Assembly: GCA_965223415.1 (NCBI GenBank) | Contig: OZ245002.1 | Location: 1,730,578 to 1,794,577 of the forward strand | DNA from: Myxococcota bacterium | Lineage (GTDB): Bacteria > Myxococcota_A > UBA9160 > UBA6930 | Length of the DNA: 64,000 nucleotides | Direction: 5' to 3' | Shown here: positions 26,755 to 35,242 of the stretch, one piece after another | How positions within the stretch are numbered: the first letter of the stretch is position 1 | Layout: each line of letters begins with the position of its first letter | Translations under genes and position numbers: made by a program | Notes under the pieces: generated by a model | Seen by the model: only the letters and a program-made list of their open reading frames with translations | The model's database searches: none | Told to the model about the DNA's origin: nothing

Positions 26755-27794
26755 CGCCCGACGGGTCGTCGCAGGCGCGCGCCCCCGTGCAGGAAGACGA
26801 CGGCAGAGGGCTGGATCTCGCCGACCACGAGCACGCCCACGGCGTCGCCCTCCTGCAGCTCGAGCGGCTCCGGAAAGCCCTCCACCTCGACGCGAGCGCT
26901 GCGCCGCGCCGGATCCGGATGCCAGACAGTGCGCTCGACGGTCACCCGGGGTGCAGGCGGCACGCTCGCGACCCGCTTCGGCGACGGCTTCGGCTTCGCC
27001 TTGGGGGGTGCCGGAGCGGCGGGCTGCGGAGCCGGCGGCGCGGGACGCGCGAGCACCTCGGGCTCGGGCTGCGACTCCGCCACGGGAGGCCGTGTGGCAA
27101 CGCTTGGCGGGGGCGCAGGCCGGGCAAGGGGTTCCGCCTCCGCGACGGGCGGGGGCGCAGGCCGGGCAAGGGGCTCCGCCTCCGCGACGGGCGGGGGCGC
27201 AGGCCGGGCAAGGGGCTCCGCCTCCACGACGGGCGGGGGCGCAGGCCGGGCGAGGGGCTCCGCCTCCGCGGCCGGAGGCGGCCCAGGCCGCGCGAGGGGC
27301 TCCCGCTCGGCGACCGGAGGCGGGGGCAACAGGTCGCTGGCGAGCGCGAGATCGTCGGCGGCCTCGCGCGAGGGCCCGGGCGAAGGAGCCGGTCTGGCCA
27401 GGGGCTCCGACGGCGGCTGGCCGGGAGCCGCTCCGGGCGGCGGCACGACGGGACCGGCCGTGGCCAGCTCCTCTTCCGGCTGGACCGCAGAGGCCGGCGG
27501 CCCCGCCGGCGGCTCGACGGGACCCGCCGCCTCGGCCGGCTCCACCGCTACCTCCGGCTCGCCTCCGGTCGGGGTCCACAGCCAGGCGAGGAGCAGGGTG
27601 AGGGCCACGGCGGCGGCCCCAGCCAGGGCGCCGCGCCACGGCAGGCGGCGCCGGATGCCGGCTGCCGGGACGCGGTCGCCGGGCTCTCGCGGCGGCCCGC
27701 CTTCGCTGGGCGTCCCCGGCTCCGCCGGTGCATCGGAGCGGCCATGTCGCTCGTCCTCTTCGACCTTCTGGAGCGCCTTCAGGATCGTGCTCAC
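26751..27794 (-). CDS. gspB: GspB/ExeB-like protein with a proline-rich tandem-repeat linker
   Basis: The N-terminus MSTILKALQKVEEDER is the GspB signature, followed by one TM segment (GALAGAAAVALTLLLAWLW). The linker has five copies of AEAEPLARPAPPPV. The C-terminus is VERTVWHPDPARRSARVEVEGFPEPLELQEGDAVGVLVVGEIQPSAVVFLHGG, resembling the T2SS-B C-terminal domain. Confidence 0.65.
   Translation of the reverse strand: MSTILKALQKVEEDERHGRSDAPAEPGTPSEGGPPREPGDRVPAAGIRRRLPWRGALAGAAAVALTLLLAWLWTPTGGEPEVAVEPAEAAGPVEPPAGPPASAVQPEEELATAGPVVPPPGAAPGQPPSEPLARPAPSPGPSREAADDLALASDLLPPPPVAEREPLARPGPPPAAEAEPLARPAPPPVVEAEPLARPAPPPVAEAEPLARPAPPPVAEAEPLARPAPPPSVATRPPVAESQPEPEVLARPAPPAPQPAAPAPPKAKPKPSPKRVASVPPAPRVTVERTVWHPDPARRSARVEVEGFPEPLELQEGDAVGVLVVGEIQPSAVVFLHGGARLRRPVGR
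27106..27316 (-). repeat. 42-bp tandem repeat, about 5 units, in-frame within the gspB-like gene
   Basis: The unit is ggcgggggcgcaggccgggcaaggggctccgcctccgcgacg, with a period of 42 nt (for example ggcggggg at 27106 and 27148). It encodes (A/V)EAEPLARPAPPPV. Confidence 0.85.
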
Positions 27795-29602
27795 GAGGAG
27801 CCTTTCGGAGCCTCGGGCGCCAGGCCTGGGACCGCATAGCCGGGCAGCTCCCGATAGAGCTGGATCTTCGTGACCGGACCGACGGTGCCATCGACACCTA
27901 GCTCCAGGCGCTCCTGCAATGCGCGGACGCCGGCGATGGTGTTCGCGTCATAGTGCCCGGACGTCGCGTCGCTGAGCAGGCCCAGGTGGGTGAGCGCCCA
28001 CTGAAGCCAGCGAACCGGCTCGCCCTGGGCGCCAGGGCGCATCACCGACGGAAGGCCTTCGAAGTCCCGCCAGGGAACGAAGGCCTCGCCCGTCCAGTGG
28101 GCGAGGATCTCCTCGTCGGTAACGACCAGAGGGGCCGCGGCCACGCCGTGGAGCCGCGCACCTTCGCCGTCGAGCCCGGTGAGCGCCGCATAACGAGGTG
28201 CTCCGTCCAGCGCTTCGAGCACGAGCAGGGCCGGCAGGTCCAGGGCGCGGAGGGTGGAGAGGCGGGCCTCCCGCAGGTTCAGCAGTGAGAAGCCCTGGGC
28301 CCGCAGCGCCTCCACGAGCTCGGGGAGGGAAAGGACGCCGGCGCCGATCGGCACCTCCTCCCACTGCTCGAGCAGGGCATCCAGGGAGCTGGCCATCGTC
28401 ACGGCCGGCGAGCTGCGCGCGAGGGCGCGCCCCATGTCCTGGGCCGGCGGCGGAAGCTCCCCGGGATCGGGGAGGTCGCCCTCCTCCAGCGCCGCGAGCT
28501 CGTCCAGCGCAGCCGGGAGCTCCGCCGGCGGCGCCGACGCGACGGGAGGCAGCGCGTCCGCGGACGGCCCCGGCACTTCGGCCGTGACCTCGGCGGCAGG
28601 CGGTGAGGACACCTCCGGCAGGGCACCGCCGCCGCTGGCCGGCGCGAAGGCGAGCCAGCCGCCGATGGCGATGGTCACGAGCCCCACGCCGGCGGCCACG
28701 GGCAGGGCGCCGTCCCGGATCCAGGTCGGGATGCGCAGCCCCGACAGGCTGGGCAGGCTCGGCAGCCGCGCGGCCGTGCGGCGCGGCTTCGAGCCGGCGC
28801 TGGCGCGCACCTCCCGGTCGGTCTGGGTCACCAGCCCGAGGCCGATCGCCTTGGCCTCGGCGGCGTAGCCGGCCAGCAGGGCACGATCGCACAGCAGGTT
28901 GATCACCCGCGGAATACCCCCCGAGCGGCGGTGGATCTCGCGAAGCGCCAGATCCGTGAACAGCTCCCGGGGCGCGCCGGCGGCGATGCGCAGCCGGTGG
29001 CGCACGTAGTCCCGGGTGTCCGTCGCCGAGAGCGGCTCGAGCCGCCAGCGCACGCTGATGCGCTGACGCAGCTGGCGCAGATCCGGCGATTCGAGCAGCG
29101 TGTCCAGCTCGGGCTGCCCGATCAGCACGATCTGGATCAGCTTGGCGGTGTTCGTCTCCAGGTTCGAGAGCAGCCGCACCTGCTCGAGGGCGTCCCGCTC
29201 CATCACCTGGGCCTCGTCGATGATCAGCAGCACCTTGCGACCGTCGCGGCGCTTCGCGAGGAGGAAGCGGTTCAGCTGCTCATGGAGCTGACGGCGGTCG
29301 AGCCCTTCGAGGGGCAGGCCCAGCTCGGCGTTGATCGCCTGGAGCAGCTCCAGGCCCGAGAGCTGGGGGTTGAAGATGAAGGCGACCTCGGTGCCCGCCT
29401 CCAGGCGGCCGAGCAGGGTCCGGCACAGGGTGGTCTTGCCCGTGCCGACCTCGCCGGTGACGCAGATGAAGCCCTCGCCCTGCTCGATTCCGTACAGCAG
29501 GTGCGCCAGGGCTTCCCGGTGGGGATCCGCCAGGAAGAGATAGCGAGGGTCCGGGCTCAGGGAGAAGGGCTTCTCCCGGAGACCGTAGAACTGGGTATAC
29601 AT
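27791..29602 (-). CDS. gspA: ExeA/GspA-type AAA+ ATPase with a C-terminal peptidoglycan-binding domain
   Basis: MYTQFYGLREKPFSLSPDPRYLF...ITGEVGTGKTTLCR (Walker A)...LLIIDEAQ (Walker B), then a TM segment, and a C-terminal VRWLQWALTHLGLLSDATSGHYDANTIAGVRALQERLELGVDGTVGPVT (PG_binding_1-like). Confidence 0.85.
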   Translation of the reverse strand: MYTQFYGLREKPFSLSPDPRYLFLADPHREALAHLLYGIEQGEGFICVTGEVGTGKTTLCRTLLGRLEAGTEVAFIFNPQLSGLELLQAINAELGLPLEGLDRRQLHEQLNRFLLAKRRDGRKVLLIIDEAQVMERDALEQVRLLSNLETNTAKLIQIVLIGQPELDTLLESPDLRQLRQRISVRWRLEPLSATDTRDYVRHRLRIAAGAPRELFTDLALREIHRRSGGIPRVINLLCDRALLAGYAAEAKAIGLGLVTQTDREVRASAGSKPRRTAARLPSLPSLSGLRIPTWIRDGALPVAAGVGLVTIAIGGWLAFAPASGGGALPEVSSPPAAEVTAEVPGPSADALPPVASAPPAELPAALDELAALEEGDLPDPGELPPPAQDMGRALARSSPAVTMASSLDALLEQWEEVPIGAGVLSLPELVEALRAQGFSLLNLREARLSTLRALDLPALLVLEALDGAPRYAALTGLDGEGARLHGVAAAPLVVTDEEILAHWTGEAFVPWRDFEGLPSVMRPGAQGEPVRWLQWALTHLGLLSDATSGHYDANTIAGVRALQERLELGVDGTVGPVTKIQLYRELPGYAVPGLAPEAPKGSS

Positions 29603-29698
29603 GGAGGTGCCGGCCCCGAGCGGGTCCGGACGAGGGTACCAGGCGAGCCCCCGAAGGGGAAAGCGTGGAGGACGAGAGTGTCAGGGGCGGAGCGGGCG

Positions 29699-30511
29699 AT
29701 GGGCGTCGACCTGGGGGCGAGCCTGGCGAAGCTGGCGATCCGCCACGGCCCGGGCGAGCGGGAGCTGCGGCTGTTGCCGGCGGAGGACGAGGGCGCCGTG
29801 CTCGGGGCGGTGGAGGAGCTAGCACCCCAGCGTGTCGGCCTCACCGGCGCCGGCGCCACGGGATTGGCCGGCCGGCTGCCCGGGGAGCCCCTGCTCGTGA
29901 ACGAGTTCGCGGCCTGGGGCCGGGGGGCGGCGGTGCTGCTCGACCAGCGCGAGGGCGGCGAAACGGAGCCCTTCCTGCTCGTCTCCCTCGGCACGGGCAC
30001 CTCGGTGATGCTGTGCGACGGCGTGGCGGTCAGCCGGATCGGCGGCACCGCGCTCGGCGGCGGCACCGTGCTGGGCCTCGGCGCGCTCCTGGTGGGCGAG
30101 GCGTCCTTCGAGCGCCTCGCCACGCTCGCGACCCAGGGCGACCGGCGCCGGGTGGACCTCCTGGTGGGCGACATCTACGAGCCGGGCCAGATCGCCCTCA
30201 TCGGCGATGCCACGGCGGCCGCCTTCGGCAAGCCAGGCATCCGCGGCGAGCCGCCGGCGGCCGAGGACCTCGCCCAGGCCATCATGGGCCTGGTCGGCGA
30301 GAACGTGGCGCTGCTCTGCTCGGCCCTCGCGAGCGCGCACCAGGTGAAGCGCATCGTGTTCGGCGGCTCGACCCTGCGCCACAACGGCGCTCTTCGCGCG
30401 ATCCTGCTCGGCACCACCGCCGCTTTCGGCCGCGAGCCGGTCTCCCTCGACGACGGCGAGTTCGCCGGCGCCCTCGGCGCCCTCGCCCTGGTCCGCGAAA
30501 CCGCCGCCTGA
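29699..30511 (+). CDS. ASKHA-fold kinase, type II pantothenate kinase (Fumble)-like
   Basis: MGVDLGASLAKLAI...GLTGAGA...FLLVSLGTGTSVMLCDG...RIGGTALGGGTVLGLGALL...RRVDLLVGDIYE...IVFGGSTL follows the Fumble/CoaW-type pattern. This is an inner ATG of ORF 28931..30511. Confidence 0.6.
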   Translation: MGVDLGASLAKLAIRHGPGERELRLLPAEDEGAVLGAVEELAPQRVGLTGAGATGLAGRLPGEPLLVNEFAAWGRGAAVLLDQREGGETEPFLLVSLGTGTSVMLCDGVAVSRIGGTALGGGTVLGLGALLVGEASFERLATLATQGDRRRVDLLVGDIYEPGQIALIGDATAAAFGKPGIRGEPPAAEDLAQAIMGLVGENVALLCSALASAHQVKRIVFGGSTLRHNGALRAILLGTTAAFGREPVSLDDGEFAGALGALALVRETAA

Positions 30512-30552
30512 GAACGCAAGCCCGGGGACGTTCCGTCCCCGGGCTTGCGTTC
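30512..30552. terminator. Perfect 19-bp-stem hairpin filling the convergent junction
   Basis: gaacgcaagcccggggacg ttc cgtccccgggcttgcgttc. The flanking stops are at 30509-11 (TGA) and comp. 30551-53 (TGA). It contains the GGGGACGTTCC core shared with the 57.6-kb and 63.7-kb palindromes. Confidence 0.7.
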
Positions 30553-32041
30553 AGAGCTTGGGGGCGGGCTCGCTGGGCTCGTCTTCGGGACGGGCGATGG
30601 TGCGCAGGACGCGCTGGGTGCGGGCGATGGCGGCGCGTTGGACCCGGAGCTCCTCGGTCTGGGCCGATGCTTGACGCTCGAGGCGCTCCTTGGCGTCGAC
30701 GACCTCCTCGAGGCGTGTCTCCAGGTGCGCGATGCGGCGCTCGAACTCCTCGACGATCTTCCCTACCTCGGCGTTGCCGACTTCGTTGGGGCCGACCGCG
30801 GCCATCGGTGCGACGGGAGCCACCGGAACGGCGGGCGCGCCGCCGATGCCGGCGGGCGCCGGGAAGTCCTCTTCCGGATCGTCGGTTCCCTCCACGACGG
30901 CCTCCTCCGCAGGCGCGCCCTCGTGGACGGCGCCGGGCTCGATGTCGTACTGGCTCGCCGGCGGCAGGCCCTCGTCCCGGGCCCCGGCGGCGCCCTCTCC
31001 CTCCAGGCCTTCGGAGAAGGCGAAGCCGGCCTCGGGCTCGGCATCCTCCGCCACGTCGAGGGGCGAGAGGACCTCGCCCTCGTCGGCATCGGCGCTTCCC
31101 CGCCGGCGGCGCCCCAGCACGAACAGCAGGGCCACGACCGCGAGGCCGGCCAGGGCGGTCAGTACGACCGGGCTGCCGAGCAGGCTTCCGCTGCCCTGGG
31201 CCGCGGGCGGCTCCAAGGGCGGCGTCGCCACCGGCGCGTCGGCGAGGGGCTCCTCGGAAACGACTTCGCCGATCTCCACGCCGGCGAAGGCGTCGTCGGA
31301 CCCCGGCTCGGGCTCGAGCCCTTCCGGCGCGTCCCCGAGCACCTCGCCTTCGAGGAGCGGCTCGTCGAGCGCCGCGAGCTCTGCTTCGGCCAGCGCCTCG
31401 TCCATCGCGGCGTCGTCCGCCGGATCGACCAGGTCGTCGCCGGCCATGGCCAGCTCTTCGACGGCGGCGTCGGAAGGGGCGAGCTCGTCCGCGGCTTCGA
31501 CGGCGCCCTCGTCCGCCGGGGCGAGGGGCTCGGCCACCGCGGCCAGCTCCCCGCTCTCCCGCAGCGGCTCCGCCGCGGGCGCGGGACTCGCGGTGAGGCT
31601 CGACACCAGGGAAGCCTTCCCGGCCCCCGGATCGAAGAAGTCCAGCACGATCCGGTCCGGCCCCCGGAGCACGAGCTCCTTCATCTCGGCATCGCCCGAC
31701 AGCCGGATGCGGACGTCGGTCTTGCCGCTCTCCCCGGCGCGCACGCGAACCGCCCGGATATGCCGGCTCTTGGCCGGACGGATCGGCGCGATCTCGCTGG
31801 GCGCGGCGTCGAGGGCGACGATCAGCACCTGGCTGCCGTCTTCCTTGGGCTGCATCCCGACCAGCTGGTAGGGCGAAATGCCGTCGAGCTGGAAGACCAC
31901 CCGCGAGTAGTCGGCGTGAACGCCGACCCGCACGTCGGTCAGGTTTGCGCCGCTCGCCGGGCCGGCGAGCAGCAGGACCACGCCGGCGATCAAGACGATC
32001 GTTCGGCCGCGGCCTTGGTCACGGAGCATTCGACACGGCAC
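30551..32041 (-). CDS. Bitopic envelope protein: signal peptide, AMIN-like domain(s), acidic linker, one TM segment, acidic region, and a C-terminal coiled coil
   Basis: Signal peptide: RTIVLIAGVVLLLAGPASGA. AMIN-like: DVRVGVHADYSRVVFQL and IRAVRVRAGESGKTDVRIRLSGDAEMKELVLRGPDRIVLDF. TM: LLGSPVVLTALAGLAVVALLFVLGRRRRG. Coiled coil: GKIVEEFERRIAHLETRLEEVVDAKERLERQASAQTEELRVQRAAIARTQRVL. The start is GTG at 32041 or ATG at 32029. Confidence 0.65.
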   Translation of the reverse strand: MPCRMLRDQGRGRTIVLIAGVVLLLAGPASGANLTDVRVGVHADYSRVVFQLDGISPYQLVGMQPKEDGSQVLIVALDAAPSEIAPIRPAKSRHIRAVRVRAGESGKTDVRIRLSGDAEMKELVLRGPDRIVLDFFDPGAGKASLVSSLTASPAPAAEPLRESGELAAVAEPLAPADEGAVEAADELAPSDAAVEELAMAGDDLVDPADDAAMDEALAEAELAALDEPLLEGEVLGDAPEGLEPEPGSDDAFAGVEIGEVVSEEPLADAPVATPPLEPPAAQGSGSLLGSPVVLTALAGLAVVALLFVLGRRRRGSADADEGEVLSPLDVAEDAEPEAGFAFSEGLEGEGAAGARDEGLPPASQYDIEPGAVHEGAPAEEAVVEGTDDPEEDFPAPAGIGGAPAVPVAPVAPMAAVGPNEVGNAEVGKIVEEFERRIAHLETRLEEVVDAKERLERQASAQTEELRVQRAAIARTQRVLRTIARPEDEPSEPAPKL

Positions 32042-32047
32042 CTCTGG

Positions 32048-32875
32048 TCACCCCCCTGTAGCCATGAGGTTCCGGAGCGCATGGAGCGCTCGGAAGATGC
32101 GAGGACCGTACCAAGACACCCATGTGCCGTCGATCACGTGGATGCGCCCGCTGCTCGCGGCCGGAACCGGCAGCCGCCCGAGCTCCTGGGCGTCCCGATC
32201 GGTGAAGGCGTAGGGCTCGTCCGGCAGCAGGATGACCTCCGGGGCCGCCGCGACGATGTCCTCCTCCCGGACCCGCGGATAGCGCCGGTCGGCCCGGTTT
32301 GCGAACACGTTCGCACCTCCGCACAGCCGCAGCAGATCGTGGGCGTAGGTGTCGGCGCCCACGGACATCCACGGGCCCTTCCAGATCGGACAAAAGACCC
32401 GCAGCGGGCGCTCGGGAAGCGCCGCCCCGGCCTCCTCCACCGCCGCCACGGTCGGATGGACCACCCGGCGCACCGCCTCCGGCTCGGCGCCGAGCCCGGC
32501 GAGGGCTACCAGCAGATGGGCGGCCTCGCGAACGCTGCGCGGATAGGTCACCCACACGGACACTCCGGTGTCGGCCAGCTTCGCCACGTCCTGCCGGCGG
32601 TTCTCCTCGTGGTTCGCGATCACCAGATCGGGCTCGAGGGCGAGCAGCGCCGCCACGTCCGGGTTCTTGGTGCCGCCCAGCTTGGGGAGCGGCGCGACCC
32701 CCTGGGCCGGGTGGATGCACCAGTCCGTCACGCCGACCACCCGCTCGCCCAGGCCCAGCTCGAACAGGGCCTCGGTCAGGCTCGGGACGAGGCTGACAAT
32801 GCGCCGGTACGTGCCCTCGGGCCGATCCTCATGGATCCCGAGATGCGTGCCTTCGGCCCGATCCTCGTGGATCAC
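32048..32875 (-). CDS. TroA/BtuF-fold (periplasmic-binding-protein type) protein without a signal peptide
   Basis: RRIVSLVPSLTEALFELGLGERVVGVTDWC...LGGTKNPDVAALLALEPDLVIAN...VILLPDEPY matches the cobalamin/siderophore-binding cluster-A fold pattern. The GTG start overlaps the upstream stop (GTGA). The N-terminus carries a duplicated IHEDR(A/P)EGT(H/Y) decapeptide. Confidence 0.65.
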   Translation of the reverse strand: MIHEDRAEGTHLGIHEDRPEGTYRRIVSLVPSLTEALFELGLGERVVGVTDWCIHPAQGVAPLPKLGGTKNPDVAALLALEPDLVIANHEENRRQDVAKLADTGVSVWVTYPRSVREAAHLLVALAGLGAEPEAVRRVVHPTVAAVEEAGAALPERPLRVFCPIWKGPWMSVGADTYAHDLLRLCGGANVFANRADRRYPRVREEDIVAAAPEVILLPDEPYAFTDRDAQELGRLPVPAASSGRIHVIDGTWVSWYGPRIFRALHALRNLMATGG

Positions 32876-34029
32876 GAGAAGTCGACGGCGAGAACGCCGC
32901 CCTGGAGGCTGGCCCGGTAGACCGGACGCCCCACGAGGCTGCGGGGCAGGGCCACGACCCGGCTGGCGTCCCGCAGCCGGATGAGCAGATCGTCGCCGCG
33001 GGTCCCGACCTCCAGGGCCTCCTTGGTCGCGCCGGGCAGCTCGATCTCGAGGCGCGTGCGCCCCGAGTGGGTGCGCAGCCGAATCGGCCGCCCCTGCCGC
33101 CAGAGCGCCCCGGGGTCGCGCTCGGCGAAGAGCCGCCCTGCCAGGGCCTGGAGCGCGGGCAGTCCCAGCACCTCGCGGGGCTCGAGCGGCGCCTCGATGC
33201 GCGGCACCGGAAACGAGCTGCGGATCTCCTCCAGCACCGCCCGCTCCCGCTCGCCCCAGCGGCCGAACCACCCGCCGGCGGCGGATTCCGGCAGGACCCG
33301 GTTCACGATCACCCCGTCGGTGGCGACACCGTAGAGCGACAGGTAGGCGAAGGAGCGGCGGGCCTCCTCCAGCACCACCTGGGTCGGGTTGACGACGAGC
33401 CGCGCCGTCGTGCGGCTGGTGTCCATCAGGATCTCCCGCACGTCGTCCACGTCGCCCCACAGCCGCTCGAAGGCGTCAAAGATCTCTTCGCCCGGCACGA
33501 GAGCGCCCGCCCGGAAGGGCTCGAGCAGCGGCTTCAGCAGGCGCGCTCCGCGACGCTCCAGCTCGAAGAAGTTCTCCATGAACAGCCGCAGCACGTCCGG
33601 GAAGCGGAGCATGCGCAGGGTCGAGCCGGTCGGCGCGCAGTCGACCACGCACACGTCGAAGTCGCCGGTGGCCTCGACGTCGCGGACGGCGCGAAGGGCG
33701 ATGAGCTCCTCCAGCCCCGGGAAGACCAGCAGCTCGTCGGCGACGAGGCTGTCCACGTCGTCCTTCAGCAGCTGACGCAGGTAGCGCTGCAGCACGCCCC
33801 AGCTGCGATCGAGCTCGTCGAGGGCCGACACCTCCTGGGCCACGACGCCCTCGACCACCGGGACGGGCCGCGCGCCGACGGGCTGGCGCAGGGCGTCGCC
33901 GAGGCTGTGGGCGGCGTCCGTGGAGAGGAGGAAGACCCGGTGGCCGCGAGCTGCGGCGCCGAGGGCCGTGGTGACGGCGTGGGTCGTCTTGCCGACGCCG
34001 CCCTTGCCGGTGAGCAGGATGACCCGCAC
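32872..34029 (-). CDS. ArsA/Get3-family ATPase (second of a pair) with an HSP20-like C-terminal domain
   Basis: VRVILLTGKGGVGKTT (deviant Walker A), LLSTDAAHSLGD, VVDCAPTGSTLRML (switch II), and the C-terminal RTRLEIELPGATKEALEVGTRGDDLLIRLRDASRVVALP. The GTG start at comp. 34027-29 lies 1 nt after the upstream stop. Confidence 0.8.
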   Translation of the reverse strand: MRVILLTGKGGVGKTTHAVTTALGAAARGHRVFLLSTDAAHSLGDALRQPVGARPVPVVEGVVAQEVSALDELDRSWGVLQRYLRQLLKDDVDSLVADELLVFPGLEELIALRAVRDVEATGDFDVCVVDCAPTGSTLRMLRFPDVLRLFMENFFELERRGARLLKPLLEPFRAGALVPGEEIFDAFERLWGDVDDVREILMDTSRTTARLVVNPTQVVLEEARRSFAYLSLYGVATDGVIVNRVLPESAAGGWFGRWGERERAVLEEIRSSFPVPRIEAPLEPREVLGLPALQALAGRLFAERDPGALWRQGRPIRLRTHSGRTRLEIELPGATKEALEVGTRGDDLLIRLRDASRVVALPRSLVGRPVYRASLQGGVLAVDFS

Positions 34030-34030
34030 G

Positions 34031-35227
34031 TCAGGCCGACCCGAAACGGACCCGCAGCACGCCGTCGCGACAGCGGGCGCCGAGCACGCCCTGGCCGAGG
34101 AGGTGGCGGGGCAGCGGAATGGGCCGGCGCAGGCCGCCGGCGCGCACCACGAGCTGGTCGCCGACCCGCGCCACCTCGAGCTGGTCGGCGCGGGCGTTCG
34201 GCAGCGGCACGCGGAGGGCATAGCCCTCGCCGTCCGGCTCGAACCGCAGGCCCGGCTCCCGACACAGGACGGCCGCCGGGTCCCGCTCGTCGAAGAGGGC
34301 GGCGCCCTGGGCCCGGAGCCGCGACAGGCCGGTGACCTCGTCGTCCTGGAGCGGACCGACCAGGAGGGGGAGAGGCGCGAACAGCGATGCGACCTCGCGC
34401 CGGCGCTCCTTCTGCTGGCGAGCCCACTCGGCGAAGAAGGGCTCGCCGGCGGCTTGCGCCGGAAGGAGCCGGTTCATCACGACCGCGTCCACGGCCACGT
34501 CGAACAGCGCCAGGTCGGTGCGTGCGCGCAGGCTCTCGTCGATCACCATCCGCTCGGGCGTCAGCACGAGCCGCACGCTCGTCCCCGGGTCGGCCAGGCG
34601 GTCCCGCAGCCGGCCGAGCTGCCGGTAGATCAGCGCCTCGGCATCGCGGAACACCTCGGAGCCCGGAAGCGGCGCCGCCACCAGGTTGCGGGCGAGGGGT
34701 GTGACGAGGGAGGTGAGCGCCCGCTGCACCTTGAGCAGGATGCGGAGCGCGGCGTGGGCGGCTTCCGGCAGCGTCAGCAGGCGCAGCGCGGAATCCGTGG
34801 GCGCGCAGTCGACCACGACCAGGTCGTAGTCGCCCTTGCGCGCCCAGCCGTCGACGGCCAGTAAGGTGGTCAGCTCCTCCAGGCCGGGCAGCAGGGCCAG
34901 CTCGTCGGCGACGACCTCCTCGATCCCCTGGTGGCGGAAGAGCTGGCCGAGGTAGTCGCGCACGGCACCCCAGTGGCGCTCCACCTCGGTCCGGGCGTCC
35001 ACCTCGGCGGCGAGCAGCCTACCGGGGTGGGGGGCTCCGGGAAGCGCGATGGGCTCCGGCTCGGCCCCGAGCGGCGCCCCTGGACGGAGCACGTCCCCCA
35101 GGCTGTGGGCGGCGTCTGCCGAGGCGACCAGGACCCGCTTGCCGCGAGCGGCCGCCCAGACGGCCGTGGCCGCGGCCGTGGTCGTCTTGCCGACGCCTCC
35201 CTTCCCGGTGTACAGGACGACGCGCAC
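34031..35227 (-). CDS. ArsA/Get3-family ATPase (first of a pair) with an HSP20-like C-terminal domain
   Basis: GTG start. VRVVLYTGKGGVGKTT, VASADAAHSLGD, VVDCAPTDSALRLL, and the C-terminal GYALRVPLPNARADQLEVARVGDQLVVRAGGLRRPIPLP. Confidence 0.8.
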   Translation of the reverse strand: MRVVLYTGKGGVGKTTTAAATAVWAAARGKRVLVASADAAHSLGDVLRPGAPLGAEPEPIALPGAPHPGRLLAAEVDARTEVERHWGAVRDYLGQLFRHQGIEEVVADELALLPGLEELTTLLAVDGWARKGDYDLVVVDCAPTDSALRLLTLPEAAHAALRILLKVQRALTSLVTPLARNLVAAPLPGSEVFRDAEALIYRQLGRLRDRLADPGTSVRLVLTPERMVIDESLRARTDLALFDVAVDAVVMNRLLPAQAAGEPFFAEWARQQKERRREVASLFAPLPLLVGPLQDDEVTGLSRLRAQGAALFDERDPAAVLCREPGLRFEPDGEGYALRVPLPNARADQLEVARVGDQLVVRAGGLRRPIPLPRHLLGQGVLGARCRDGVLRVRFGSA

Positions 35228-35242
35228 ACCGGGACGGTAGGG

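Noticed and set aside
27106-27316. A regular 42-bp tandem repeat that could be mistaken for a CRISPR array or a minisatellite.
   Set aside because: There are no unique spacers between units. The period is a multiple of three, and the repeat reads in-frame as AEAEPLARPAPPPV inside the gspB-like gene. No cas genes are present.
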